This document shows positions 17,790 to 27,136 of a stretch of 64,000 nucleotides of DNA, piece after piece (positions within the stretch are counted from its first letter, which is position 1; every line of letters begins with the position of its first letter). Made by a program: the position numbers and the translations under genes. The DNA is from Thermofilaceae archaeon (GTDB taxonomy: Archaea > Thermoproteota > Thermoprotei > Thermofilales > Thermofilaceae). Below the pieces are notes generated by a model, which searched no databases, was not told the origin of the DNA, and saw only the letters and a program-made list of their open reading frames with translations. The stretch is taken from positions 24,801 through 88,800 of the forward strand of contig JANXEW010000004.1 in NCBI GenBank assembly GCA_025057995.1, in the 5' to 3' direction.

Positions 17790-19219
17790 ACAGTGAAATA
17801 ATTCCTTTGTACCCTCGCGTCGAGAAGGAGAACTTGGATTCGGTCAGGCTCAAGGATATAAGATTGCTCGAGCCTAGGGAAGAGTGGTTATCCTCTCTTT
17901 TACAAAATGCAGTCGAATTGCAGCATGAGCTGTCAAATCTACCGCTTTCCGAGAGGTTGAAAGCAGTTCAACTGATAGGAGATACTTGGAGAAAGAAGCT
18001 TGAGGAAGGCAAACTGTACTGGGTTAAGGAGGATCTAGTAAAAGCCACAGGCTACAGTCCATCTCTCGTAGAAATGGAGATGAAGCTTGTGACAGAAGTT
18101 TTTAATCCGGGGAACGTGCGCAAGGTACTCGACTCGGGTCTCGTAGGCGGCTCAAGGAGTTTAGAGGAACCCGTAGAAGTAGCGCTTGGAGAGTTTGTTC
18201 GTAACCTTCCAGTCGGTCCCGTGCTAGTAATAGGCTCAGGCAACTCAGTCATCCCACCGCTTATCCCGACCGTGCTCTCCCTCACGATCGGCAACTTCAC
18301 GATCCTCAGACCTTCTCTAGCAAATTTTGAAGCTGTTAAAGAGGTTTACAGCGCGCTTGAAGAACTGCCGGAAGATAACCCCTTAAGACGCGCTCTACTC
18401 GTTAGCTACTTTACTCACGAGAGTAGAAATCTCATGTACCTGCTTGAGAGAGCACCCGTAGGCTTAGTTAACTACTGGGGTGGGGAACCGGGAAGAACAG
18501 CGGTATCTCGGGCCGTTGCAGCAAACCGGTATAGACCGAGGTTCATAGTAAATGGACCTATGACGGGATTCGCCTTAATCGATTCTGCCAACGCTACTAT
18601 GGAGGTCGCAGAAAAGCTTGCCTTGGAGATGGTGCTTTACGATCAACAGCTCTGCAGTAGCCCTACCCAGGCGGCGTTCCTTGGATCTCGAGAGGATGCG
18701 CTCCAGTTTGCTGAAATGGTTTGTAGTGCACTCGACAAGGTTGGTGGAGAGCACCCTTTAAGCCTTGAAAGCATCCCCTACCCCCTCTTCGTCCTACGCA
18801 AGAGCTTGGAGCTGGTTGGAGCTAAAGTGTACGCCAGCAGCGACCCGCGCAACCCGTGGACACTAGTATTAGCCGGTAAGAGGTCGGTACTCGATAAAGT
18901 ACCGCAGAACACACTCATCCCCTTTTACGCTCGAAAAAGGTTCCTTGAACTAGTTGTAGTCCAGACGTTGAACGAAGCCATGGAGCTGATAAGGAATCTA
19001 CCCGAAAACCCCGCTTACACTGGAGTGGACAAGGTTCAGACGTTGTCTATAGCAGTTAGCGGAGACGTGCTTAAACAGGTTACCAACTCATTACACCTGT
19101 TAAGAGTATATCGCGTCGTGCCTCTGGGCGAAAGTTTTCTGAGAACTCCTGTGGAACCCTACGACGGCTTCTTCATCCCCTCGGCGTTCTCGTACGCTGC
19201 GTACGTGAGGGTGAGGTAG
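17786..19219 (+). CDS. luxC: LuxC-like acyl-CoA/acyl-protein reductase (ALDH fold)
   Basis: GSGNS, NYWGG, NGP..GFALI, LYDQQLCSSPT catalytic Cys, QTLSI, R.VPLG...P.DG; ATGA overlap with luxE. Confidence 0.8.
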   Translation: MNSEIIPLYPRVEKENLDSVRLKDIRLLEPREEWLSSLLQNAVELQHELSNLPLSERLKAVQLIGDTWRKKLEEGKLYWVKEDLVKATGYSPSLVEMEMKLVTEVFNPGNVRKVLDSGLVGGSRSLEEPVEVALGEFVRNLPVGPVLVIGSGNSVIPPLIPTVLSLTIGNFTILRPSLANFEAVKEVYSALEELPEDNPLRRALLVSYFTHESRNLMYLLERAPVGLVNYWGGEPGRTAVSRAVAANRYRPRFIVNGPMTGFALIDSANATMEVAEKLALEMVLYDQQLCSSPTQAAFLGSREDALQFAEMVCSALDKVGGEHPLSLESIPYPLFVLRKSLELVGAKVYASSDPRNPWTLVLAGKRSVLDKVPQNTLIPFYARKRFLELVVVQTLNEAMELIRNLPENPAYTGVDKVQTLSIAVSGDVLKQVTNSLHLLRVYRVVPLGESFLRTPVEPYDGFFIPSAFSYAAYVRVR

Positions 19220-19221
19220 AG

Positions 19222-20217
19222 TTGAAAATCCTGGTCACTGGAGCCTCCGGTTTCCTCGGCGGACACCTCGTCGAAGAGTTAGTCAACCGCGGTTACCGAG
19301 TACGAGCCTTCGTGCGGAGGACAAGTGACACGAAACTCCTGAAGGAGCTTGGCGTCGAACTTTTTACTGGTGATGTTACTGATCCTAAGACACTAGATCC
19401 CGCTACAAGGGGGGTTGACGCCGTTGTACACCTTGCGGCATACTATACTTTCTTCGGGAAAAAAGAGCTCTACGAGCTCGTTAACGTGAAGGGTACGGAG
19501 TGGACTGCTCGCGCCGCACTCGAAAACGGCGTAAAGCGCTTCATATACTGTAGTAGTACGGAGGCGATCGGTCCCGTAAGGAACCCTCCCGGAGATGAAA
19601 ACACAAGCCCTAACCCACAGTTTGAGTACGGGAAGTCTAAGGCCAAGGCTGAGAACGTAGTCAAGAGCCTCGCCCAGGAGGGGCTAGAGTACACGATCAT
19701 AAGACCATCCGGCATATACGGACCCAGAAATATCGACGATATATCTTACTGGTTCATAACTAGCTACGCTAAAGGCGGGTTAGCAAGTAGAATCGCGCTA
19801 GGTTCCGGAGAGAACCTGGTTCAGTTCGCTCACGTCAAAGACGTAGTTCAAGGATTCATCCTCGCTCTAGAAAGAGAGGCGGCGGTAAATCAAGTTTACA
19901 TCATAAGCGAGGACAGGTGGTACACGTTCAATCAAGTCTACCAGATCTTGTACGAGTTGTGCGGCAAAGGTCCACCACACGTCAAGTTGCATCCCGCGCT
20001 CGCTAAATTCCTCCTAATCCCTCTGGAGATCTACGATGTCTTAAAAGGCGAAGGTAACCTCATGCACCGTACCGCGCTTGTCGACTCGGTTACGAGGGAC
20101 AGAGCCTATAGCATCGAGAAAGCCAAGAGGGAGCTAGGCTATAGTCCAAGTTACGACTTGCGTAGTGGGTTGCGGGAGACATTACGGTGGTATGAGGAAA
20201 ATGGCTTCCTAAGCTGA
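19222..20217 (+). CDS. NAD-dependent epimerase/dehydratase (extended SDR, 3-beta-HSD/HpnA-like)
   Basis: TGASGFLG, VHLAA, CSS, YGKSK, RPSGIYGP; TTG start preceded by GAGGGTGAGG RBS. Confidence 0.9.
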   Translation: MKILVTGASGFLGGHLVEELVNRGYRVRAFVRRTSDTKLLKELGVELFTGDVTDPKTLDPATRGVDAVVHLAAYYTFFGKKELYELVNVKGTEWTARAALENGVKRFIYCSSTEAIGPVRNPPGDENTSPNPQFEYGKSKAKAENVVKSLAQEGLEYTIIRPSGIYGPRNIDDISYWFITSYAKGGLASRIALGSGENLVQFAHVKDVVQGFILALEREAAVNQVYIISEDRWYTFNQVYQILYELCGKGPPHVKLHPALAKFLLIPLEIYDVLKGEGNLMHRTALVDSVTRDRAYSIEKAKRELGYSPSYDLRSGLRETLRWYEENGFLS

Positions 20218-20318
20218 GAACGGGCTTCTACTAAGCACTTACCCCCACGCTGTTCAGGAGAGTCAACTCTTAACCAGCTACAACACGTGAATGTTACCTT
20301 CTTTCGTTTTTCCTACGA

Positions 20319-21071
20319 TTATAGGTGTTCTCTAATCCACGATAGGACCACAGCCTCCACCTCTCTTCGAACATTGTAGTCGTTAAAAACGTGGCCACCC
20401 TTCACTTCGAGGAACTTCTTCTTCACATTCAATGCCTCGAAGGAGGCCTTTGCTCTATCCAGAGGTACAGCTTCGTCGTCAACTGCATGAATTTGTAGAG
20501 TGGGCGCTTTAATCAAACTGGCTAGCTCTGGTGAAGAAACTAAGTCCTCTAGACCCTCTACCCTGATCCTTAGGGCACCGAAGTAAACATACTCGCCACG
20601 CTGAAAACGCTCCCAGCGACGTTCAAAGGGAGCGAAAGGACTAGTTGAGAGCAAAACCAAAGCTGCTATGTCACTGCGACCTGCAGCCACTCTAGTCGCT
20701 ACAAAGCCTCCCATGCTGAGGCCTACAATAGCAAAACGTGAGGCATCAACCTTATCGAGAGTTTTTAGGAATTGAATAGCGTTTTCAGCATCCTCTACAG
20801 CCATCCGGACACGGAATTCCTCGAACGGGAGAGGTGAGTCTCCGTGGCAGCGGAAGTCGAAGCGTAAGACGGCGTAGCCTGCCGAGCATAAGACACGTGC
20901 CATATCCGTGTAGAGCCTACCCGCCTCGCTCTTGTTACCCGTGAAACCGTGTAGAAGGAGAACCGGTTTAGGCTTAGGTGCTTTATCGGGAAGGTGGAGG
21001 ACTCCAGCTAGCCTTAAATCAGAGCTTGGAACCCAAACGAGTTCCTCCAAGTGGCCTACAGAATGGTTCAC
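20319..21071 (-). CDS. Alpha/beta hydrolase (esterase/thioesterase/peptidase S9-like)
   Basis: LHGFTG, FDFRCHGDS, GLSMGG nucleophile, DEAVP, GGHVF. Confidence 0.9.
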   Translation of the reverse strand: MNHSVGHLEELVWVPSSDLRLAGVLHLPDKAPKPKPVLLLHGFTGNKSEAGRLYTDMARVLCSAGYAVLRFDFRCHGDSPLPFEEFRVRMAVEDAENAIQFLKTLDKVDASRFAIVGLSMGGFVATRVAAGRSDIAALVLLSTSPFAPFERRWERFQRGEYVYFGALRIRVEGLEDLVSSPELASLIKAPTLQIHAVDDEAVPLDRAKASFEALNVKKKFLEVKGGHVFNDYNVRREVEAVVLSWIREHL

Positions 21072-21128
21072 ATCTACTCTCTACTCAAGATAGTAAAAAT
21101 GGTTAACGTTAACTTAATTGAAAAAGTT

Positions 21129-22790
21129 TCAAGGACTTTGTAAACGCTTTTCGCCTACCTTCCTTTCAAGTTCGAGAAGAGCCGCAGCACTGTAGAAGCG
21201 AGTGTAGACTCTAGCTAGGTTGGCCGGTTTTCGCTCCCTAAGCCACAAGTCGGCGTAAATGCTCGCTAAACCTATGAAGTCGGCGACCGTAGCCTTTCCC
21301 TCAACCTTCCTTAGCCCGACATCCAAGCAACGCTTGATGAATTCCAGGTCACGAGGGAGGAGTACCCCCTCTGCTAATTTCAACGCTTGTCTCCATTCGT
21401 CGAAGATAGTCAAATTTTTAACTTCCTCCGTTGGTGAGAATAACACTTTCTTAATGTTGTTAGCGATCGAGCTTTTTCCGAACATCTTCCTCACTTCAAG
21501 AACATCGCACGACTCTCCGCTCAACGCGAGCCATTTCTCCTCCCAAGAGCCTTTACCTTCAGCGTACTCCATTGAAGCTAGGATAAGAGGGTAAAGGAAC
21601 GAGTACAAACACTCTTCGCCGTCATCGCCCCAAGCTGTAACCATAAAGCCTTTCACACCCTCCTCTCTAGCTGCCTGGAGGAAGTTTTTCACGTTAGTTA
21701 GAGCTATGTCGAAATCAGGGTAGTACTTGTTCCAGTTCCATAAGCCTGGACAAGCCAGCTGTTCATACCCCCTTTCTTTAAAGAGTCTAACCTTCTCTTT
21801 AAAGTATTCAAGGGTATTAGGCGTATAATCCCAGTTCGCGATCAAAGCTTCGCGCCAAACTGGGTTCTCCAATATCTTTCTCCAGAGCTCGCGCTCTTCT
21901 TCTCGCAAGTACATTCCAGCCACCATGTCTCCCCAGATCATCGGTATCTTGCCGCTGTCTCTAACCATCCGAATAAGCTTCGAGTGGTGTTCAGCGTAGA
22001 GGTTCGGACCCTCAAACTTTAGCGTTTTGTCCAAGCTTCTACCCCTACCGAGAGCCCAAGTTTCATCTCCGCCAACGTGTAAGTACTTTGACTCAGTCTT
22101 CAAAATAGCTTCCTCAAGCAGCTCCTCTGCAAACTTCCTCGCCTCAAGGTCACTAACGTTCAAGCAACCTTCTTCAGGTCTATGCCACTCGCTGAACCGC
22201 CAGTACTTGGGAAGCGTGAGTATCCATTCCATGTGACCGCACAACTCAAGAGACGGGAAGACTTCAATCCCTAGCCTCTTACCATACTCGACCACTTCTC
22301 TCCACTCCTCATTCGTATATCTACCCCTCTTCACACCTATGTCAGGATACCTGTCCCAGGGAAAGAGGTCTTCAACGTATATAGCTAGATAATTGTACTT
22401 GAGTAGGAAAAGCCAACGGAGCAATTTCTTCACCTCCTCAACTGTAGCGACTCCGCCGCGTGCGACATCTAGGTGAAAGCCACGAAACTCGAAGCGCAAC
22501 TCCTCTTCAACTCTGACCGCCGGTAGTTTACAACAGCCTCCCTGTATAGCTAGTTGGAGTAGAGTTGCCGTGTATACTCCCGGAACTCCCCACACCTCAA
22601 CGTAGCCATCGCGTACTTCAAGCCCCGATCCCCTTCTATCCACTCTCCTTATCTCCCAGCTACCCTTAGGGATGCAGAACTCTGAAGCGATAAAATCGTC
22701 AAGGTTCACGAAACCGTCAAAGTCAAACCAACGTTCCTTAAACTCGAGTTTAACTGGCTCGGGAACTACAACTGGCTTAACTTGGCTCAT
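21129..22790 (-). CDS. GH20 beta-N-acetylhexosaminidase
   Basis: FRGFHLDVAR, GH, HVGGDE catalytic pair, MIWGDM, WDY, TAWGDDG; probable ATG at 22790 (MSQVKPVVVPEP), which avoids overlap with the upstream gene. Confidence 0.9.
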   Translation of the reverse strand: MSQVKPVVVPEPVKLEFKERWFDFDGFVNLDDFIASEFCIPKGSWEIRRVDRRGSGLEVRDGYVEVWGVPGVYTATLLQLAIQGGCCKLPAVRVEEELRFEFRGFHLDVARGGVATVEEVKKLLRWLFLLKYNYLAIYVEDLFPWDRYPDIGVKRGRYTNEEWREVVEYGKRLGIEVFPSLELCGHMEWILTLPKYWRFSEWHRPEEGCLNVSDLEARKFAEELLEEAILKTESKYLHVGGDETWALGRGRSLDKTLKFEGPNLYAEHHSKLIRMVRDSGKIPMIWGDMVAGMYLREEERELWRKILENPVWREALIANWDYTPNTLEYFKEKVRLFKERGYEQLACPGLWNWNKYYPDFDIALTNVKNFLQAAREEGVKGFMVTAWGDDGEECLYSFLYPLILASMEYAEGKGSWEEKWLALSGESCDVLEVRKMFGKSSIANNIKKVLFSPTEEVKNLTIFDEWRQALKLAEGVLLPRDLEFIKRCLDVGLRKVEGKATVADFIGLASIYADLWLRERKPANLARVYTRFYSAAALLELERKVGEKRLQSP

Positions 22791-22825
22791 CGCAAGTAAA
22801 AGAGAAAACCATCTAAAAACTGTTG

Positions 22826-23491
22826 CTATAGACCCATAGCCCAAACTAGTCCGCCGAGCAAATGCCGTTGAAACCAATCCTGTCTCCAAAGCCAAGTGAA
22901 ATGCCCAAAGGCTGTGTAAAACACCCTGCCTCTACCGTAGTTGTGGCACCAAGCGAGCGCGTAATCGTTATCTGGACGCGTCCCCTTGCTTAAGTCTACA
23001 GAAGAGTTGTCGAGGCTGATGAGTACGTGAGTCTTCTCCCTACTCCAATCTCTGAACGTGTAAACTTCTTCGAGAACTTCAAAAGTCGGAGACAAGTGTC
23101 TAGTCGATGGGTGTGTAAGGTCCTCGACTCTAACTTTCACCACTTGCGTCCACGGATGAGCTATGAAGTATCCACCAAGCATTTCCCCGTACTCCCTGAA
23201 ATTGTACAAAGTATCTGCAGCATTATGGACTCCTATAAAGGCTCCGCCTTCGCGAACAAAGTCTACAATCGCACGCTTTTGTTCATCGCTTAAAGGCAAC
23301 TCACCGGTTGTAATGAAGACGAGTGCAGAATACGAGCTTAATCTCTCCGGGTCTAGGTCTGACGGCTCCTCAGTTGCGAAAACCTCGAACAGCTTACTCC
23401 TCTCACCCAGCTTTACTAGCACCTCCACGGCAGTAGGAATGTAGCTGTGCCTAAAGCCCGCCGAATGTGTAAAAGCGATGACCTTTCTCAC
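22826..23491 (-). CDS. ThuA-like domain protein
   Basis: FTHSAGFRHSYIP, GGAFIGVHNAADT, GGYFIAHP, EEVY, GRGRVFYTAFGH. Confidence 0.88.
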   Translation of the reverse strand: MRKVIAFTHSAGFRHSYIPTAVEVLVKLGERSKLFEVFATEEPSDLDPERLSSYSALVFITTGELPLSDEQKRAIVDFVREGGAFIGVHNAADTLYNFREYGEMLGGYFIAHPWTQVVKVRVEDLTHPSTRHLSPTFEVLEEVYTFRDWSREKTHVLISLDNSSVDLSKGTRPDNDYALAWCHNYGRGRVFYTAFGHFTWLWRQDWFQRHLLGGLVWAMGL

Positions 23492-23676
23492 AAGCCCTTA
23501 TTTAGTCGCTAGTAAAAATACTTGACCATCGAGGATAGAATGTCGTGACAAGAATATCGAAACATGCGTTCTAATTAGTTTCTGGAGAACGCCATCTGCT
23601 TAAACGATACACTTCCTAAGCGAGCTTTAAGAACTCAACGCGTAGCCGTTCGCTTTAAGGATTTTAGATACTTGTA

Positions 23677-24240
23677 TTACTCCAACTGTTTCTTGAGTTC
23701 GTAGGGTTTCCAGCCTAGCTTTACTCGAAACTCATTTATTAACTGTACCGATTTCTCCTTCTCTTGTTTCGGCATCTTAGAGGATTTGAGTACGCCCATG
23801 AACAATGCGTAAAGGCGGGCGTTAACCGTAGCTTTAGATACACCAAACGTCAGATCTTCCCCAAGCTCTTTTAGTATGCTTTCCACTTCCTCAGCACTGC
23901 TTAAGCCCGTAGGACCCACATCCTTAACCTCCCTACCCAAGTAAACGCGGCCTTTCTCCACTACGACGACCTTCCCATCCTCGAACGTTATCCTACCCTT
24001 AACGACTCTATCGTAGAAAGTCCACGACTCGTAAGCGTGTGGTGCGAGCTCCTTCAGCCGAACTAGAACGTACCTCCTGATCTCGTCCGTGGTCATACCG
24101 TCGTAAACCTTCTGCTCAACCTCTTTCGCGATCTCGTGAGCTATCTCCGGGGGAGCACCAGCACTGACACACGCTTCGTACACTTTCCGGGGATCAAAGT
24201 CCTCGAGAGAACCCGAGCTCTTTCTAACCCTTTTTACCAT
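23677..24240 (-). CDS. ATP-cone domain protein
   Basis: VRKSSGSLEDFDPRKV...MTTDEI..V N-terminal ATP cone; unknown C-terminal domain. Confidence 0.8.
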   Translation of the reverse strand: MVKRVRKSSGSLEDFDPRKVYEACVSAGAPPEIAHEIAKEVEQKVYDGMTTDEIRRYVLVRLKELAPHAYESWTFYDRVVKGRITFEDGKVVVVEKGRVYLGREVKDVGPTGLSSAEEVESILKELGEDLTFGVSKATVNARLYALFMGVLKSSKMPKQEKEKSVQLINEFRVKLGWKPYELKKQLE

Positions 24241-24280
24241 GGATTCTCTTAGCGTCGAGGAAGTAGAAATGATTAGCGCT

Positions 24281-25015
24281 CTAGGCCGCGATCAGCTCGT
24301 AGACCCTGTCCTCTAGCTTCTGGAACTCCGCCGAGCGGCGGTCCCTTGGCCTCGGGATTCTAACTTCAATTACCCCGGCAATTTTAGCCGGTCTTGGAGT
24401 AAGGATGACAAGCTTATCCGCCATGAGGATTGCCTCATCTACGCTGTGCGTAACCATGATTATCGATCGGACTGTCGTCACACCTAGAGTCCAGAGGTCT
24501 AGGATCTCTGATCTCAGTGACTCAGCGGTAAGAGGGTCGAGATTGGAGAACGGTTCATCCATAAGCAGGATCATCGGTTCGACTGCGAGAGCTCTAGCTA
24601 AGTTTACCCTCTGCTTCATACCTCCGCTCATCTCCCTCGGGTAGAAGTCCTCAAAGGCTTGAAGACCCGTTAGAGAGAGGTACTTGCGTGCTCTCTCCCT
24701 CGCTTCCCCCCACCCCATACCCTGAGCTTTCAAGGGTAGCGCGACGTTATCCAGAATTGTCATCCAGGGTAGCAGAGTGGGGAACTGGAAGACAAAGCCT
24801 ACTTTAGCGTTCTCCGGAATGTCAACTCTCCCGCTATCAGGTTTCTCTAGCCCGGCTATGATCCTCAGTAGCGTCGTCTTACCGCATCCTGAGGGGCCTA
24901 GCATCGCTATGAATTCCTCACCTATTTCGAGAGAGATCCCGTTTAGAACCTGGATGGAACGTCCGTCTTGCTTGTACGATTTCGTGACGTTAACAAGCGA
25001 AAGCACAGGAGACAC
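24281..25015 (-). CDS. NitT/TauT-family ABC transporter ATP-binding protein
   Basis: GPSGCGKT, MSGGMKQR, LLMDEPF, VTH; probable GTG start at 25015 overlapping the permease stop (TAGTG). Confidence 0.92.
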   Translation of the reverse strand: MSPVLSLVNVTKSYKQDGRSIQVLNGISLEIGEEFIAMLGPSGCGKTTLLRIIAGLEKPDSGRVDIPENAKVGFVFQFPTLLPWMTILDNVALPLKAQGMGWGEARERARKYLSLTGLQAFEDFYPREMSGGMKQRVNLARALAVEPMILLMDEPFSNLDPLTAESLRSEILDLWTLGVTTVRSIIMVTHSVDEAILMADKLVILTPRPAKIAGVIEVRIPRPRDRRSAEFQKLEDRVYELIAA

Positions 25016-26529
25016 TACTCCCCACCCCCGTACCTTCTTTCGATAAACTCGAAAAACCTTTTCCACAAGGCCTTATTGAAGACCGTTATAACCAGGGAGA
25101 GTAGCAACGCTGACATCGCTACACCGAGAGCATCGCCTTTAGCCGCTTTCCTGTTCAACACGGCTCCGACACCCCCGATGTCGATAACCCTCTCCCCGAA
25201 GCTCACGTACTCGGCAGCCACTGTTGAGTTCCACGCGCCGCCCCACGCGCTTAAAGCTCCTGAAGCGAGAGAAGGGAGAAGAGACGGGATGAAAACGCTT
25301 CTAAGGTACCATAGCCCTCTTATCCTGTACACTCTAGACATCTCCTCGAGATCCTTCCTCAAGCCGGCCAGACCGTAGACTATGAGGTTAAAGTAGAGGT
25401 ACCATAGCGACCCTTGCAGCATTACTACCGTTGCCACCATGTAGGGTCCTAAAGGACTTCCTAGAGCTATAGAAGCAAGAAGAGGCCACCACACGACCGC
25501 TGGGATGGAAGCAAGCACTTCACCAACTAGAAGTACTACTAACATTATACCTTTACGAGCGTAGGAAGCATACGTAGCTGCGAGAGAGAGAAAGACTGAA
25601 AATGCAACTATTGTTGAAACCCTGGCTAGGCTGAGGGGGAGTTCATAGGCGACCTCTAAAAGGCTACCGTAAACCGATTCAATGTCGAAAGAGGGGAGTT
25701 GCTTGAGCCCGCCGACGAGGAAATAAGCTATTGACGTTAAAACCGCGATTACTATAGCTTTCCCCGCAAAGCTTGGTAAGCGAATCCTTGCTTCAGCTTT
25801 AATCATCAAATTACCTAAGGTACTCCAAAGCGACCCTACGGAACTTTCTATAGTACTATAAACTGGGCGAAGCGATATTAGCTCCCTCTCTAGAATAGTT
25901 TCCCCCGCCGGGTTCCACACCAGGATATACGTGGCAAGGATCACGGTGAGAAGCGAAGCGACGCCCAAGTAGAAGCCATAGGAGTCGCCGCGTTCAAAAG
26001 CTTCCATAATGAAGGTCCCCAATCCTAAAAGCCTATGTTCAGCAGCTCCCATCGTTATGATCTCCGACGAAGTTAGAAAGAACCAGCCACCCGCCCAGGA
26101 TATCAAACTGTTGGCCACAAGAGAGTTTCGGGAAGCTGGAACGCAAAGGTAGAAGAAAACTGTTGCACGACCCATCCTGTAAACCTTCGACATGTCAAAA
26201 AGCATCGGGTCCAAGCTCTTAACCGAAGAGTAGACGCCGAAGATCAGGTTCCACAACTGGCTTGTGATTATAAGGAATACAGCCGCCGCTTCAACCCCAA
26301 TTCCCGCAGGCAGAACGGTTACGAAGAAAGCAAGAGCCGCCGGGAAGAAGCCGAGGATTGGGATGGACTGAAGTATGTCTAGGATTGGGAGAAGAAATCT
26401 CTCTACGGACCTGCTGCGTGCCATCGCAACGCCAAAAACCAGGGCGAGGAGCACTGAGAGAACGTACGCTGCAAGCATCCTTAACACGCTTGCAGCTGCG
26501 CACAACAGCAGGTAAAGCATTTCGCTCAC
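25015..26529 (-). CDS. NitT/TauT-family ABC transporter permease with two fused TM domains
   Basis: LDILQSIPILGFFP, WNLIFGVY, SWAGGWFF and GGAWNSTVAAEY duplicated BPD_transp_1 halves. Confidence 0.9.
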   Translation of the reverse strand: MSEMLYLLLCAAASVLRMLAAYVLSVLLALVFGVAMARSRSVERFLLPILDILQSIPILGFFPAALAFFVTVLPAGIGVEAAAVFLIITSQLWNLIFGVYSSVKSLDPMLFDMSKVYRMGRATVFFYLCVPASRNSLVANSLISWAGGWFFLTSSEIITMGAAEHRLLGLGTFIMEAFERGDSYGFYLGVASLLTVILATYILVWNPAGETILERELISLRPVYSTIESSVGSLWSTLGNLMIKAEARIRLPSFAGKAIVIAVLTSIAYFLVGGLKQLPSFDIESVYGSLLEVAYELPLSLARVSTIVAFSVFLSLAATYASYARKGIMLVVLLVGEVLASIPAVVWWPLLASIALGSPLGPYMVATVVMLQGSLWYLYFNLIVYGLAGLRKDLEEMSRVYRIRGLWYLRSVFIPSLLPSLASGALSAWGGAWNSTVAAEYVSFGERVIDIGGVGAVLNRKAAKGDALGVAMSALLLSLVITVFNKALWKRFFEFIERRYGGGE

Positions 26530-26589
26530 CGATCTACGCAGGCGATTGCTCCGGTACCTTTAAAAATATCTCTTTACAATATTCTACAG

Positions 26590-27129
26590 GTGAAAAAGGG
26601 GGTGGATCAAAACGATAGCAGTAGTAGCCGGAGGATGTTGCTACCCCCAGATGTAACCCCCGATCATGTGTTAGGTCTCCTTGAGCTACTGCGAAGCCTA
26701 GGCAGCGGGATCGACTCCATGTACGTAGGCGATGCCTTAAGCGAAGACATCAGGATGCTACCCCATGCGATAGACGTAGCCGAGGCTTTAGGCCTAGTCA
26801 GACAGAAAGGAGGTAACTTAGAACTGACTGAACGGGGGAGAAGGATCGCTGTTGGTAACCCGAAAACTGTGAAAAAGCTACTCCAGGAAGTCGTTTTGAA
26901 GCTCGAACCAATAGCTGAGATAGTTGAGCTGTTGAAAGAGAAGGGTGAAATCCCTGTTGAGGAGTTCAATACCATCGTAGAGAAGCATTACTCAACGAAT
27001 TTCGAGGAAGCGAGACACAACATACTCGTCTGGGGGGCTTACCTCGGGCTATTCAAACTTGACGAAGACGATGAGAAAGTGATCCTGTTAAGCCCTTCTG
27101 AAAAAAGAGAGGGTAGACCCCGAGCTTAA
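26590..27129 (+). CDS. Stand-alone AAA-associated (AAA_assoc_C-like) winged-helix protein
   Basis: LPP..TPDHVLGLLELL, LPHAIDVAEALGLV, GNLELTERG, LVWGAYLGLF resemble the C-terminal domain usually fused to this ABC ATPase subfamily. Confidence 0.7.
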   Translation: MKKGVDQNDSSSSRRMLLPPDVTPDHVLGLLELLRSLGSGIDSMYVGDALSEDIRMLPHAIDVAEALGLVRQKGGNLELTERGRRIAVGNPKTVKKLLQEVVLKLEPIAEIVELLKEKGEIPVEEFNTIVEKHYSTNFEEARHNILVWGAYLGLFKLDEDDEKVILLSPSEKREGRPRA

Positions 27130-27136
27130 GCCGTCA

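Noticed and set aside
16503..20217. Bioluminescence operon
   Set aside because: No luxA/luxB luciferase or luxG in the window; only the reductase-like components are present
22791..22895. N-terminal extension of the GH20 ORF
   Set aside because: Overlaps the ThuA gene; ATG at 22790 gives a typical GH20 start (VVPEP)
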